DNA of 64,000 bases. It comes from Guillardia theta CCMP2712 (lineage: Eukaryota; Protista; Cryptophyta). The DNA is taken from positions 140,903 to 204,902 of the forward strand of contig NW_005434566.1 of NCBI RefSeq assembly GCF_000315625.1, given 5' to 3'. Positions within the stretch are counted from its first letter, which is position 1. Every line of letters starts with the position of its first letter. The position numbers and the translations under genes are program-made. The notes under the pieces were generated by a model. The model was not told the DNA's origin. It saw nothing but the letters and a program-made list of their open reading frames with translations, and did not search any database. This document shows positions 49,656 to 62,157 of the stretch, piece after piece.

Positions 49656-52600
49656 TCATCGACTTCCGAACGACCCAGTCCTCCTCGCGTTGGAGTTGCT
49701 GAGGGCTGGCAGCTTGGTCTTCTCATCCTTCTTCTTCCCCCACGCCAGCGGGTCCATCACTCCCACCTGAGGTCCACCACCGAACTTGTGGTTGAAATTC
49801 TCCTCCCTGTTGATCAGCTCCAGCTTGTAGAACTTCATCTCCTCCTCCATCTTCTTGGTCTTGTTCCCCAGCTGAACGATCTCATCTTCAAGCTCTCTTA
49901 TCTTCTCCAGATCCTCCTCCCTGGATGCCCTGTTGTTGAACTTCATCGTGATCGCCTCCAGCTCCGCCTCCAGCTGCCTGCACCGCTCCTGCAGCAGCTC
50001 CTGCGCACTCTGGAACTCTCGCTGCAGCCCAACCGTCTCCTCGAGGTGCTCGTTCACAAGCGCGTCCACCTCCTCCTTGCTCTTCGCCAGCAGCGCTGCT
50101 CTCTGCTCCGCCAGTTCTCTCCTCCCCTTGTCTATCTCCGCCTGCAGCTCCTCCTCCCTCTCCGCCAACGTCTTCTTCGTCCTCCGAATCTCCTCCTCCA
50201 GTGCAGACAGGGATTCATCCTGCGTACGGATCCTCTCCCACGCCTCCCCGAGCTGAGCTTCCTTCCCTTCCATCGCGCTCCTGTGCTCTTCTGAGCTCCT
50301 CTGTTCGCGGTCCTGGTGCTCCTTCTTAAGATTGCTGCACGTCTCCTCCATCTCCTGCCTGTGCTTCTCCTCCATCCTCTTGCTCTCCGCCAAGAGCTTC
50401 TCCGCGGAGCCTTTCTTCTCCTCCTCCAGCTCCTTCGCCGCGCGCGCCTTCCCCTCCTCCGTCTCCTTGCGGTGTGCGTCCTTTAGCGCCTCCATCTCAG
50501 CTCCTCGCTCCTGGAGCTCCTTGTCGTACGTCCGCTTCAACTCCTCCTCCCTCTTCGCCACCTGCCTCACCGTCTCCTTCTCCGCCTCCTCCTTCATCTT
50601 CGCCTTCTCCGCCCCGAATCGCTTCCCCTGCTCCGCCATCTCCTCCTCCAGCCGCGTGATCGCACTCTTCCCCTCCCCTCGGATCCTCTCAGCCTCCTCC
50701 TCGTGCTGCTGCTTCATCGCAGCAATCGCCTCCTCCCTGTTCCTCTCCAGCCTCTCCTTCAGCTCCTGCAGCGCTTTCTGTGCATCCTTGCTGCTGGCAG
50801 ACAGCAGCTCCTCCTTCAGCTCCTGCATCCTCCTGTCCAGCTCCTCCTGAAACCTCCGCTCTGCTTCCTCCGCCTTTCTCTCCGCCTCCTCCTTCATCTG
50901 CCTGATTTGCGACTCCAGAAGTTCCCTCTTCTCCTCCAGCTCTGCGATCTTGGCTGTCGCCTCCTCCAGCTTAGCCTTGAGCTCGTCAGCTTTCTTCGCC
51001 TTCTCCTTGGCGAGCTCTTTCTCCAGCTCAAGCTTCTTCTTGATCATTCCATCCAGCTCCTCCTTCAGCCGCTTGACCTGCAGGGTGAAGACTCAGCTCC
51101 TTGTCACATCATCTCACGCCTCCTCCTCCTCCTCCTCCTCCTCCTCCTCCTCCTCCTCCTCCTCCTCCTCCTCCTCCTCCTCCTCCTCTCCCATCATCCT
51201 GGTCTCTTCCTCTCACCTCCTTGCTTGCATTGACGGTGCTATCGGCCATCTCTTTTTCCATCATCGTTAGCCTTGCCTTCAGCTTGTCTTTCTCCTCCGT
51301 CACGCTGTACAGCTCTCTCCGAAGAGCCTCCGTCGAGTCCTTGCTGGCCTTCTCCTGGGCAGACAGCTGGCTCTCCATCGCCTTCTTGACCTCCGCGAGC
51401 TCTTTTCTCAGCTTCTCCACCTCCGCCTCGCTCTTCTTGAGCTTCTCCGCTATCTCCCCAGACGTCTCCTGCATCTTTTTCTCCAGCTCCACGATCGTCT
51501 GCTTCCTGCCCTCGCTCTCCTTCCTCGACCCCTCCAGCTCTCTCTCCAGCTGAGTCAGCTTGTCCTGCAGCTGCTCGATCTCCTTCTGCCGGAGGAGGAG
51601 CTCCTCCTCTAGCTGCTTCACCTTCTTCTCCATCCCCTGCTTCCCGTCCTTGGCTTCGGCTTCAGCGGCACTGAGCCGATCCGCCAGCTCGTCCCTCCTG
51701 CTCTTCAACTTGGCGATCTCGCTGTTGAGCTTCTCCACAGCTTGTTCGCTGCTCTTCCTGGCGGCCTCTAGCTCTGATTGCAACTTGGACACCTGACCCT
51801 CCAGAGACTTGAGCTCCTTCTCCTTGTCCGCCAACTTGCTCTTCATCTCCTTCTCTGCCTCCGTCAATCGTTTCTGGAAGTCTTTCTCGCGCTCTCCCTG
51901 CGACTTCTCTCCATCTTTCAGCATCTGGCACGGGTATCAATTATGGCCTGTGCAACTTCCCTCCTCATCCTCCTCCTCCTCCTCTTTCTCCTCCTCCTCC
52001 CCTTCTCCTCTTTCTCTTCCTCCTCTTACTCCTCCTCCTCCCCTTCTCCTCACCTGCGAGAGCTCCTTGATCTTCCCCTCTTTCTCTGCGATAATTTTGT
52101 CCTTATCTGCAATCAACTTGTCCTTGTCCGCAAGCTGGAGATCAACCGTCAGGCTCGCCAACACACAACAAGTCATTCACCTTCTGCTTCAGTTCATCTG
52201 CCCCCTTCTTCATCTCCTCCTCAAGTCGCGCCTGAAGCTTCTTCTTCTCCGCCTCCGCCTCCTCCACCTTCTTCTTCAGCTGCTCGATCTCCTTGATGTC
52301 GCCCTCCTTGCTCTTGGAACCATCTTCCATCGCCTTCTTCAGCTCCTCCTTCAGCTTCTCGATCTCCTTCCTCGCCTCTGCCATCGCCTCCTGGGCCTGT
52401 TGCGCGCTTTTTTTTGCCTCCTCCTTGAGCTTACGGATGGTTTCTTCCGACTCCTTCGAAGAGGCTTCAAGGTCCTTTCTCAGCTGAGCCGCCGTTCCTT
52501 CCAGACTCTTCAAGTCTCTCGCTAGCCCATCTCGTTCTCCCGTCATCTCCTGCAGTCTCCCGTCAGCTCCTCTCCCTCTCCCTCCCACAGGGCCGCTCCC

Positions 52601-53647
52601 TCACCTGCAACTTCGCCGCCAGCTCGCTCGCCCGAGACCGAGCCTCATCCAACTCATCCTGCAGCTGCTTCTGCTTGCGCTTCGCATCCTCCTCTAGTCC
52701 CATGTTCAGCATATCGTGCTTCTTCCGAAGTTTCTCCAGTTCTTCGAGCTTGCTCTGCTCGACCTCGGCCGTCGCCATCTTCAGCTTCTTCGACATCTCT
52801 GCCTCCGCGTCCTTCATGGCCTTCTTCAGCGCATTCTCGAGCTCCTGTCGCAGCCGCTCCTCCTCATCCAGTCTCTCCTTCAGCATCTGCAGCAGGTCAG
52901 GAACTTGGAAGGCTCGGAACAGAGAGAAGTGAAGTGAACAACTTAAGAGTCCCAGACATGGGGAGTAGCGAGGGGCGACAAGGCCGGAGGGGCAGGCGAG
53001 GAGCTATGAAGCGCATGTTCACCTCGTTGTACTTGGCGTTTGCTTGCTTGACATGATCGCTGATCTCTTGCGCATGCTTCCTTCTCATCTCCTCCACCTG
53101 CTCCCCACCTTGGGAGTCAAGCTTCTTGACTGCATTGTTGAACTCGTCGACACGCTTCTTGAACTCAGCCTTCATACTGTCCATCTCCTTGACCATCTTG
53201 TTGATGCGATCCTCATACCCGGCCTTGAGCTCTTTCTCCCTCGCCTTGGCACTCGCCTTGAAGTTCTCAAACGCCTCAATCGCTTCCGCTTTTTCTTTCT
53301 CATGCTGCTTTTTGAACTCATCCACAGCTTGCTGCTGCCGATCAACTTCCTTCCTCTCCTCCAGCTTCTCCTTGAACTTGTTGATCTTCGTGTAGGCATC
53401 TTTCAAGATCTGATTCGGACAAGAGAGAACACAAGGAAAAACATCGACAAGTCAGCCCTCGGACTTGAGCTTGCAACACATCACTCACCCCATCGATCTC
53501 AGTTTCATACGCGTCTGCCAGCGCATTGAGATCGTCCGTGTGGTCTTCGTTCTTAGAGTTGAGATGATAGATCACTTTGGTCAGCTGTGCGATCTTCTTG
53601 CTCATCTTGTGATGAAGATCGGGGAACAAGTTCTCCGCCGTCGCCAT
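49656..53647 (-). CDS. FAM184: FAM184-family long coiled-coil protein
   Basis: N-terminal DLHHKMSKKIAQLTKVIYHLNSKNEDH and C-terminal SREEDLEKI...FYKLELINREENFNHKFGGGPQVGVMDPL match the conserved ends of FAM184A/B. About 7 exons of E/K-rich heptads. Confidence 0.9.
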
Positions 53648-54189
53648 CGTTCACTTCAACAAACTTCACTCTCACTCGTTTCGATTAACGGTGTAGCCCG
53701 CAGGAACACAAATGGTTAGATCCTTGCAATCGAGGACGGAATCCACGCAAGGAAATCTCTTCCAAACATCTGAAACAGCAGAATCATCAGCTTTCAACAC
53801 GCCGCAAACAGCAGCTCCTGTCAAATCTTCACGTTAGACTAGTCTGTTTTTGAGTTATCATTCCACATGTTATGGGACATCAAACAGAGATTTGTTTCCC
53901 TGCCCTCATCTTCTCCTCCCCCTTGGGCTAGACCTGTCTTGCTCTGAACAATCGTTCTTCTGTCTCCTTTCGCGTTTCCTGCTTCTCAATTCCATTCTCT
54001 TTCCTCCTATCCTGTTTCAGCATTCCTTGTCATGTCAACCATTGTTCATTTCCAACATTATCGATCTTTGAATCCTGTTCCTCCCCCTCCTCCCCCTCCT
54101 CCCCCTCCTCCCCCTCCTCTCCCTCCTCTCCTCCGTTCCGTCGCCTGTCTGCCATGCTGTCGCCAACCTTCCGTTGGCAGCACACAGTA

Positions 54190-54500
54190 CTACACCTTTG
54201 CCCACCACCCCTTTATTGACTACCCCCACCCCCCTAAACGACTCCACCTTTCTTATGTGATTGAACCCCCACCCCTACCACATACTATTTACTAATTGAG
54301 TCTTTAAATAAAATCCTACTAGTATGATAGTTATCCCTAGATAGTCAGACCCCCACCCCACCCGATATGGCCATTTCCGAATAAAAGCCCCCACCATGTC
54401 GACCTTTCAAGTACCCCTATAGCCCATACAAGTACCCCTCTCTTTGACTACATCATTCATGATTTTGTAGGGGTACTGTGCTCACCTACCACCACCCTGT
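54190..54500 (+). repeat. C-rich TACCC/CACCC tract in a divergent promoter
   Basis: Between FAM184 (-) and the Cys-repeat gene (+). Confidence 0.65.
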
Positions 54501-54548
54501 ATCAATTCGTACGTTGACAGTAGGGCTGGCCCGCTTCTTTCATAAGCG

Positions 54549-55238
54549 ATGCTGAGAACCCTCGCTGCGCAAGGAGCAAGCGAGCAAGGCAGGAAGAGGA
54601 AGGAGCAAGGAGAGGCCAGGGATGGCGAGGGAGAGCTATCGCATCTCATCCCTGATCCGAAGGAGCTTCAGGATGGGGTGAAGAGAAGGTCAACAAGGGC
54701 CAAGAAGGCTGTTGGTGGGATTCAAGTCCAGGAACACAGTGGCCAACAATCTTCAAAGGATCGGTACCCGCGATGCGAACATGGTAAGAATAAGAGAAGA
54801 TGCAAGGCCTGCGGGACTGGAGCTTGCTTACATGGCATTCAGCGGTATCAGTGCAAGGTCTGTGGTGGAGGAGGAGCGTGCGAGCATGGTAGACAGCGGT
54901 ACCAGTGTAGGGACTGCCGAGGAGGTGGGATATGCGAGCATGGGAGGGTGCGGACGCAATGCCGGGAATGTGGAGGAGGAAGTATTTGCCAGCACAACAA
55001 GAGACGGTCACGATGCCGAGATTGCGGCGGAGGAAGTATCTGTCAGCACGGACGGGAGCGGAACGCGTGCAAGGACTGCAAGGGAGGGAGTGTATGTGAG
55101 CACATGAAGCTGCGATATCTCTGCAAGGAGTGCGGAGGAGGAGGGATATGCGTGCATGGGCGATACAAGAGCGCATGCACTTTGTGTCTCAAGAGCCAAG
55201 CCAGACCTGGTCAACCAGAAAGTCAAGGGGATAAATGA
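54549..55238 (+). CDS. Cys/His repeat protein: 8 tandem CxH-x6-CxxC(GG) zinc-finger-like units; intronless
   Basis: Units such as CEHGRQRYQCRDCRGGGI and CEHGRVRTQCRECGGGSI. Basic N-terminus (RKRK, KRRSTRAKK) suggests an NLS. Confidence 0.85.
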   Translation: MLRTLAAQGASEQGRKRKEQGEARDGEGELSHLIPDPKELQDGVKRRSTRAKKAVGGIQVQEHSGQQSSKDRYPRCEHGKNKRRCKACGTGACLHGIQRYQCKVCGGGGACEHGRQRYQCRDCRGGGICEHGRVRTQCRECGGGSICQHNKRRSRCRDCGGGSICQHGRERNACKDCKGGSVCEHMKLRYLCKECGGGGICVHGRYKSACTLCLKSQARPGQPESQGDK

Positions 55239-56298
55239 ACATGTCAGGAAAAGCAAGACAACGCACTAGCACACAACTGTAGATCGCTGTATATTTTTTC
55301 CTCCGAAAATCTCCATAGCATTCACTTTGATACCTACGGTTTGTCGTTCCAGCCCGCCGGAGGTTTCGTCGTAGTTGAAGAACTAGAAGAAACTTTCCTT
55401 TGCACCTCCTCGTTTGCACCTCCTCGTGTTCCTTTTAACAGTCCCTGTGAGCATGCAGCTCCATGTATGCTTGAAGACATATGTCTGCGATTGACCGCCC
55501 CGCAAGTTCGCCATTGATTGCAACGTGCTTCACAATTCTGAGGGCAGCGAGAATTATTCCTTGTGGCCCAAATTTTATCTATGCAATGCAAAAACAATTG
55601 CAAAGGGTATTCAAGATGTGTGTGAGGTCTGCTCATACTGACAACGCGCATACATTTGCACTGTATGAGAATATACATTTATTACACAAACATAAAAAGT
55701 GCTCAACTATTCTTGCTGTGTGTAAATAGTCTCTAGTTTTATATCACTTGGACAAAATATTGGTACACTTGGAAGCCTGTTTGGGTTCTTTTGTATGCAC
55801 AGTATGGAGTTGAACAGAGCGCAAAGACACTTTCTCTTATTGCTGGTGAGTGAGTTGATTTGATCATCTGTCACCTGGAAAAATGAGCAGAACATAGCAT
55901 CCTTTGTATTATTCTTGTCAGATTGCTTAGCTGAGCCCGGCTTTGCAAAGTTGTTTGACCGTTGCTGTGCAGTACATTGTTTTGCGCATGATTTGCTTGG
56001 ACCTTGTGACGGCTCCAGTAGATTGTTCTCATGAGCAGCAAAGACTGAGAACTGGGGCACGAAGTGGTTTTTCCCGTCTTCCATCTTTTCGTAGCTTTTT
56101 GAATTTCAAGATCTCAGGACAGAGAAGTCGAGTGTAACAACAATTGAGAGTTGCCGAGGCTTGTAGATATCAGAATGTGCAACCAAAAATCTTTGAAAAT
56201 CTCTCCACTTCCTTTTCGACCTCTTCTAGACAGCCAAGACTGAGACGATGCCAGTGCCTACTGGTTCTTGCTTCTTTTCTCCGCTCTTCTCCGTTCCG

Positions 56299-56332
<34 letters not shown>

Positions 56333-57040
56333 TCTCTTCCTCTCTCTCTCTCTCTCTCTTCCTCTCTCCCTCTCTCTCTCTCTCCTTCCGACCTCGTTTC
56401 CTCTTCCTGAGCCTGCAGACTTCTTCTGACTCCCTGCGTAAAAATATACATTCCGTACCCTACCCATTACTCCTTCTACCCCACCAATTTCCTGCAATAT
56501 CACCGGTACTCTAGGTAGTGTACCCGTCATGTTTGTGAGAAAATGGTTGTATTGTTTTTTGGTGGTACAGATCTGGTGTTGCTGAAAATCGAAAATAGTC
56601 GTTTTCGATCACCAGGGGTCCTATCGGGGGGCCGCATTACTTTTTAAAATGCAAAAAGGAGATGACAGCTAGAAGAGTATTCTCTGATAAGACGTCTTTT
56701 CAGAGAGCTTCTTTTAAAATTGTTATTTTAGGAACCAGTCGCGGCCTGTTTCGTGCTGGTCGGCTGACTGGAATTCACTACCCCTGTCTCCTAGCTTATA
56801 GACCCCACCCTCCTTCACCCGCCCCCTTCCCCCTTCATAACTGCCCCTCCCCCAGTTCTGCCCCCAGTTCCTCCAGCAGTTCCTCGTCCTCCTCCAGCCT
56901 GAAACAAGGATTGACGATGGTGCCTGAGGGATTTGTCTTGTCATTGGAATTTTGCATTGATTGGCTGTTAACATAGACGTGTTGCAATGCCTGCCTCTGT
57001 GTTTTTCTGTACAGAATTCAAGGTCACTGTTTATAGCGAA

Positions 57041-57092
57041 CGGTCCACATCTGGACCCGGTCCACATCTGGACCCGGTCCACATCTGGACCC
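57041..57092 (+). repeat. 17-bp palindromic tandem repeat CGGTCCACATCTGGACC x3
   Basis: Each unit contains the inverted repeat GGTCCA-CATC-TGGACC. Confidence 0.92.
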
Positions 57093-60000
57093 TAGCTCGT
57101 CCCTAGCTCGATTTATCTCTATCATGTTGCCTATGCCATGAAAGTAGACCAGTGTCTGGCTCGAGAGAATAATTATGTGACCTAATGATGATTTCTCTTC
57201 GAAGAGTTATGCATTAGCGCTTTGCCTTCGCCATGTTTTCAACACAATGTATTCCTCAAACAACTGTTGCAGTATCCCTTCGTCTTTCACCCTGTCTGAG
57301 CTGTGACTAATTTAATCTAGCATCGACCTCAGGAGGCTTCCTGTATCTCTGCAATGTACGACTATGAAAGCAATAAAACATTGTTAACTTACCGTAAAGC
57401 AAGATAAACCACGCTCACTTGGTCAAACATTCTCACACGAAGCAGATTTTATCCTGCTCTGAGCACACTTGCCCTCGTTCAACGATCATCAGGTACACAC
57501 AACCAAACAGGACCAGTCATCACCTCTCCGAGCTCTTCTGTCTGTGCTGACCCCTTCGCCAGTAGCCACTTCACCTCCATGCATCTCCTCTAGTCATCGC
57601 GGTCACCAGCGCTCACACAGGTCTTACTGGGAACATGCATCGGGTGCTCTGAATGGGATGGTGAGGCAGGTAGGGGGTCAGAGGCGGCAAGCAGCAAGCC
57701 TTTGAGAAAGTGACCTGCAGCCCTCTCATGCAGATGCGATAGGAGAGGATCGAGTCTTTACAGCTTACGTCAGCCTGATACCGCGACCATTCCCTCCTAC
57801 AGGATAGATGTTCAACTCTGAGGGAACCAGCACATGTTTTCTGGCCCTATGTTCTCATAACTCCAGCAAGCCAGGCGAGAGTCAAGCTATGCTCGCAACG
57901 CTGATAGCCATTCATCCGTTTCGAGCTCAAGCTCAAGAGCTGAAACTGGCTGCTGTATTAGATGACTTGATAGGGATAGACTTGATGCCCACAGCGCGAC
58001 AACAGGGGTGAATGTCGTGAAAGAAAAGCTTCTACTTGCAACATCCACTGCTGTGCTCCGACTCCTTGACAAGACAACAAACAGACTGCGCTTGCGCACT
58101 GACCCGCATGCACTTGCGCAACAACAAATGACAGCGACGGGAGCTGAAATCTGCGACTTGTATTCTGCTGCTGCATTACCATCAGTGCAGCTGAGCCAAG
58201 AGGTTGGGCCCTGAGACTGACCCGCAATCCAGGCAGAGAGCTTCTTCGAATGACAAGCCGAGTGAGCTTGAATGATGCGGCAGATTTGTATGTGAACAGA
58301 GGAGCTCTTCGCCGGGGTTCTGATCGGAATCTTCAAATGATACTAACAGTCTTTGAATGATCCCTCTGCTCTTTGAATCAGGCGGTTCGACCGACGCAGG
58401 AGACGACCGGGCCGGGCTCCCGAAGATTCAATTTGAAAGTTCCCATCGTAATCGATGACTCTATACATGAACGATAACTCAGACAGTCAAGTCCTCCTCA
58501 TTTTCCTGGTCTCCCAGCCAAATCTCCGTCGTCAAGTTTGGTCGTCTTGGTGAAATTGCGATAGCGTTTGTTGCGAACCAGGAGAAATTTGACAGAAGGG
58601 AGCTCAGCAGTGTAATGAAATTACCCATCTCTCTCTCTTCCTGTGTCTGCTTCTTCTACCTCACTTTTCGTCCTCATCCTACAACTCTCCTTCTCCTCCT
58701 TCTCCTCCCTCTGTCTCTCTTTCTCCGTACTCAAAGATCCCTCCTCCTCCCGCCCCAACTCCCCTTCGCTCGCCCACGGCTGTCAACGACGAAAACCCCT
58801 TTCTCTCCAGCCTTGCGAGTCACTCGACTATCTTGAAGGCTTGTTCAAGTATTATGATGGACTTCGATCAAACTTGAAGCTTATTTTGAACATGAGTCTG
58901 TTGATGGAGGTCAGCTCAAGCTGGACAGATTTTGCCTGCCCAGGGATCTTTACCCAAGTGCTGGGCAGCAGCTGCGTGATGGACTTGCAACTGTTCTCTA
59001 TCTTGAGAGCTTTGATGAGCACACCAGAGACAAATGAAGCGTTATTATATCAACAACAATGTAAATGTGAAGGTACAAGGCAAACTGCTTGCAAAACAGT
59101 GGTGATATTGTTCGGTAAGATCAAGAATTTTGATAAGAATATGTAAACGTCCAGCGATAAGATCCCAAGTCTTCTGTTCTTACTTTCTTCAGATTCTGTG
59201 TTGACCAAAAAATGCTCAGGGGAAAAAGCTTTGTGCTACAGACAGTCATTGAAGATTTTTCTTACACCTTTCTTGGATCAATCGTCGTTAAGATCTTCTC
59301 GATCTCTTCGTCGAGCTCTTATATCGCTTCCTTGATCATCTGTCGCCCTCCCCGAGATGAAAGAAATATGCTCTGTTTACTAGTATACACTTCTGACATT
59401 CAGAAGGAGGGCCACGTGCTGGGATCACAGAGAGGTAAAGGTGAAGACATGACTGTCAACTCTCTCTGTCGCACTGTATCTGCTCCTTCTGGCTCCTTCA
59501 GGGTCCTAAGAAGCTTCCAAGGGCTACCATCCATGAGCCCAATTACGTTGAGCTGAGCAGCGCGACTGACACTTGGGCTCCTCTATTCACACTGTGAAAC
59601 ATCCCCCATTGTAGGCAGGTTTCGCACAGTGAAGGGAAAACAGCACTCGCAGTGTAGGCAGTGTTTGTAGGCAGTGTTTGCCGTGAGTGAAAATGCGCCC
59701 AAGTCAACAACAACCAGGTATGTATGATGACATTCAAACCAGCGATCACAGACAGACGAGGAAGAATGATCAGCGAAGAGCGAGGCTGACAGCGTTATGG
59801 TCTCGTAGTGACGCCGCCTCATCTGAGCGCCTGCCCCCTTCCCTTTTGCTCATATCATCTTGTGCGACTCATCTCTTCTATCTCGCCATTGTGTTCGCTC
59901 GATGTCTTGTGCTTCATATCCTTATGCATAGTATCGTCAACACTCAGCCACTCGATAGCCATGGACCCCCAGCACCATCCCGATGGCATTCCCTTTCCAT

Positions 60001-60909
60001 CCCTTCCGTTCCCTTGTCTTCCATTGCCCTTCCCTCCCCTCTTCTGTACTCATTCTCTGACGTCTCTCTCCCCGCCCCGAAGGACGCCTCCCTCCTCCCA
60101 TCGCTCGTCATCGACTACCGCCATATCCGCTTTTTCTCGAAACCATGGATACCTGTCCAAGGGGCGCACCACAACCAGGAGATATGCTGATATCCGAACA
60201 TATATCTTTTCGATTTTTTCGATGTATCTTGGATATATATTCATTTCTTCTAGAGCCTTCTACGATATCTTTGAACGCAAAGGAGCCAAAACAAACTGCA
60301 CCCGCCTCAGAGCTTTAGCTATCTAATAAGGGGGTCACTAGTCATAACCTAGTGTAGGTTTACAGCAGCTTCAGCCTAGTGGAGGTCAATGCTGACCCAA
60401 AGGGGTCGCAGGTTCTTGCGGTTCGGGGCGTGTATCCGTATCCCTTACGAAACGACGTCATTTCTGGTCTCAGAAAGGTCTGGACGAGTTTCTTTTTCTG
60501 AAAGAACGTCTTTTCTTTCCACCACCCGGAAATCATCCCCACCCCCACTCCCCTCTGGATATTCCTCATGTCGTGGGGGGTACCCGGAATCCGTTTAAAA
60601 CGGCGCCCGCCGTCAAGAACACTTCCTCGCATGCGCCGGCGATCGGAGCGTTCCTCCCCGCCCTCTCCGCCTCCTCCTCCTCTCCCCCGCAACGATCAGG
60701 ACCCCCTCCTCCCTACTCCTCCTCTCACACAACGGTCGAACCCTCTCTCTCATCCTCCTTCACTCCCTGCTCTGACGCAGCTTCATAGTCCTCCTCTCGC
60801 TCCACCTCGTTCCATCAATCCACATCGCCAACCTTCATCCCACTTCTCCCCTGCTGAAACTTCTTCATCTTCTCTTCAACTTCCCTCCACCAATCTCCCT
60901 CACTCCCGC

Positions 60910-61992
60910 ATGTCCTTATTGCATCCCATCGCCCATCAGTGGAAAGCCTCCCTCCCTCCGACCCCCATGTACGACCACACCTTGCAGTCGCAGACTCCAT
61001 TTCACTTGGACACACAGTCATCTCTGCAATATTTCCCATACCAATCACAATCGTCACACCCCCCAACTGCATTTCCACCTTATCCTCCCTACTCTCACAT
61101 CTATGCTCGCCCTCAACAACCCCAGGACGCCATTCACGACGCACCTCCTGCTTGCTACAACCCTGCTCCTTCCTACTCCAGCTTCCATCAGGACTTCCCT
61201 GTTCCCCCTGTGCACAAGCAAACGGTGATACATGCTGCATCTCACCTTGCTGGGCTCAGCGCTCCCATGGACGCTCCTCCCCTGCCGACATCATCGCAAC
61301 ATGCTAGCAACGCGGGCTACGACAGGCCTCCTTGCTACGACGTACCTGGTCCCTCGCGCCTACACCCTTCCATCGCGCCGCCTCGTCCTCCTGCCTCTCA
61401 ATCTGTTGACAGCGCTGTTGCCGCTCTTTGGCCGGAGTATCAGGAGCCCGGTCAATCCTATCTGACTCCTTCAGATCCCTCCGGTGGACAAGGAGCAGCA
61501 GGGTTGTACTCTACCACGACACAGAGAGCTAGAGAGCAGCAGCAGCAGCGAGACAAGACTTCCTTGGATGCCTGCATGGACGACCCTTTCCGAGCAGACT
61601 TTCAGCAGACGATCCTCTCGGCGACGGAGATGGCGGGCAGTGGGCAGCTTACAGACAGCTCGAGCTCAGCTGAGTCCGACGGCAACGAAGGGGCTCGAGC
61701 AGACGCAGCAGGAGGAGCAGGGGGGAGGAAGCAGAAGAAGCGAGGAGAGAAGGGATCTGCCGCGGGTCACTCAAGGCACTGGAAGGAGGAGGAGCACGAA
61801 ACCTTCTTGATGGCCCTCAAGAAGCTGAGTCCCGAGACTCTCGCTAGTGACAGTGGAGGGCTGGGGCCAGGTATTGCCGAGCTGATCGCCGCGGTTGTCA
61901 AGACGCGAACAGTTTCTCAGGTGCGGTCGCACGCTCAGAAGTTTCTGATCAGGTGGAGGAAGCAGCGGGAGGGGCCGGGACAAGGGAAGTGA
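60910..61992 (+). CDS. MYB-related transcription factor, SHAQKYF class; intronless
   Basis: C-terminal RHWKEEEHETFLMALKKL...LGPGIAELIAAVVKTRTVSQVRSHAQKF, preceded by a Pro/Gln/Tyr-rich region and a KQKKRG NLS. The ORF is open from 60568; ATG 60910 is the likely start. Confidence 0.9.
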   Translation: MSLLHPIAHQWKASLPPTPMYDHTLQSQTPFHLDTQSSLQYFPYQSQSSHPPTAFPPYPPYSHIYARPQQPQDAIHDAPPACYNPAPSYSSFHQDFPVPPVHKQTVIHAASHLAGLSAPMDAPPLPTSSQHASNAGYDRPPCYDVPGPSRLHPSIAPPRPPASQSVDSAVAALWPEYQEPGQSYLTPSDPSGGQGAAGLYSTTTQRAREQQQQRDKTSLDACMDDPFRADFQQTILSATEMAGSGQLTDSSSSAESDGNEGARADAAGGAGGRKQKKRGEKGSAAGHSRHWKEEEHETFLMALKKLSPETLASDSGGLGPGIAELIAAVVKTRTVSQVRSHAQKFLIRWRKQREGPGQGK

Positions 61993-62157
61993 AGGAGGAG
62001 GGAGGGGGCAGGATAAAACAAGTCATAAATGTAAAGGTAGTTGGGATGTCTTTCAATAAATCAAGATAAGGACAACAAATGGATATTGTTAGTCGACGCG
62101 CTCCAACACACTGTTGCATCCCCTTGGCAGGCTCTCCTGTTCCCTTACTCCTCCTCC

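Noticed and set aside
55334-56250. Minus-strand ORFs of 114-125 aa
   Set aside because: No recognisable domain or consistent splice model.
57041-57092. Palindromic CRISPR-type repeat
   Set aside because: Only 17 bp, head-to-tail, no spacers.
60365-60430. Second tRNA-like element (CAGCCTAGTGG...GGTTC)
   Set aside because: The B box is incomplete and no cloverleaf forms.
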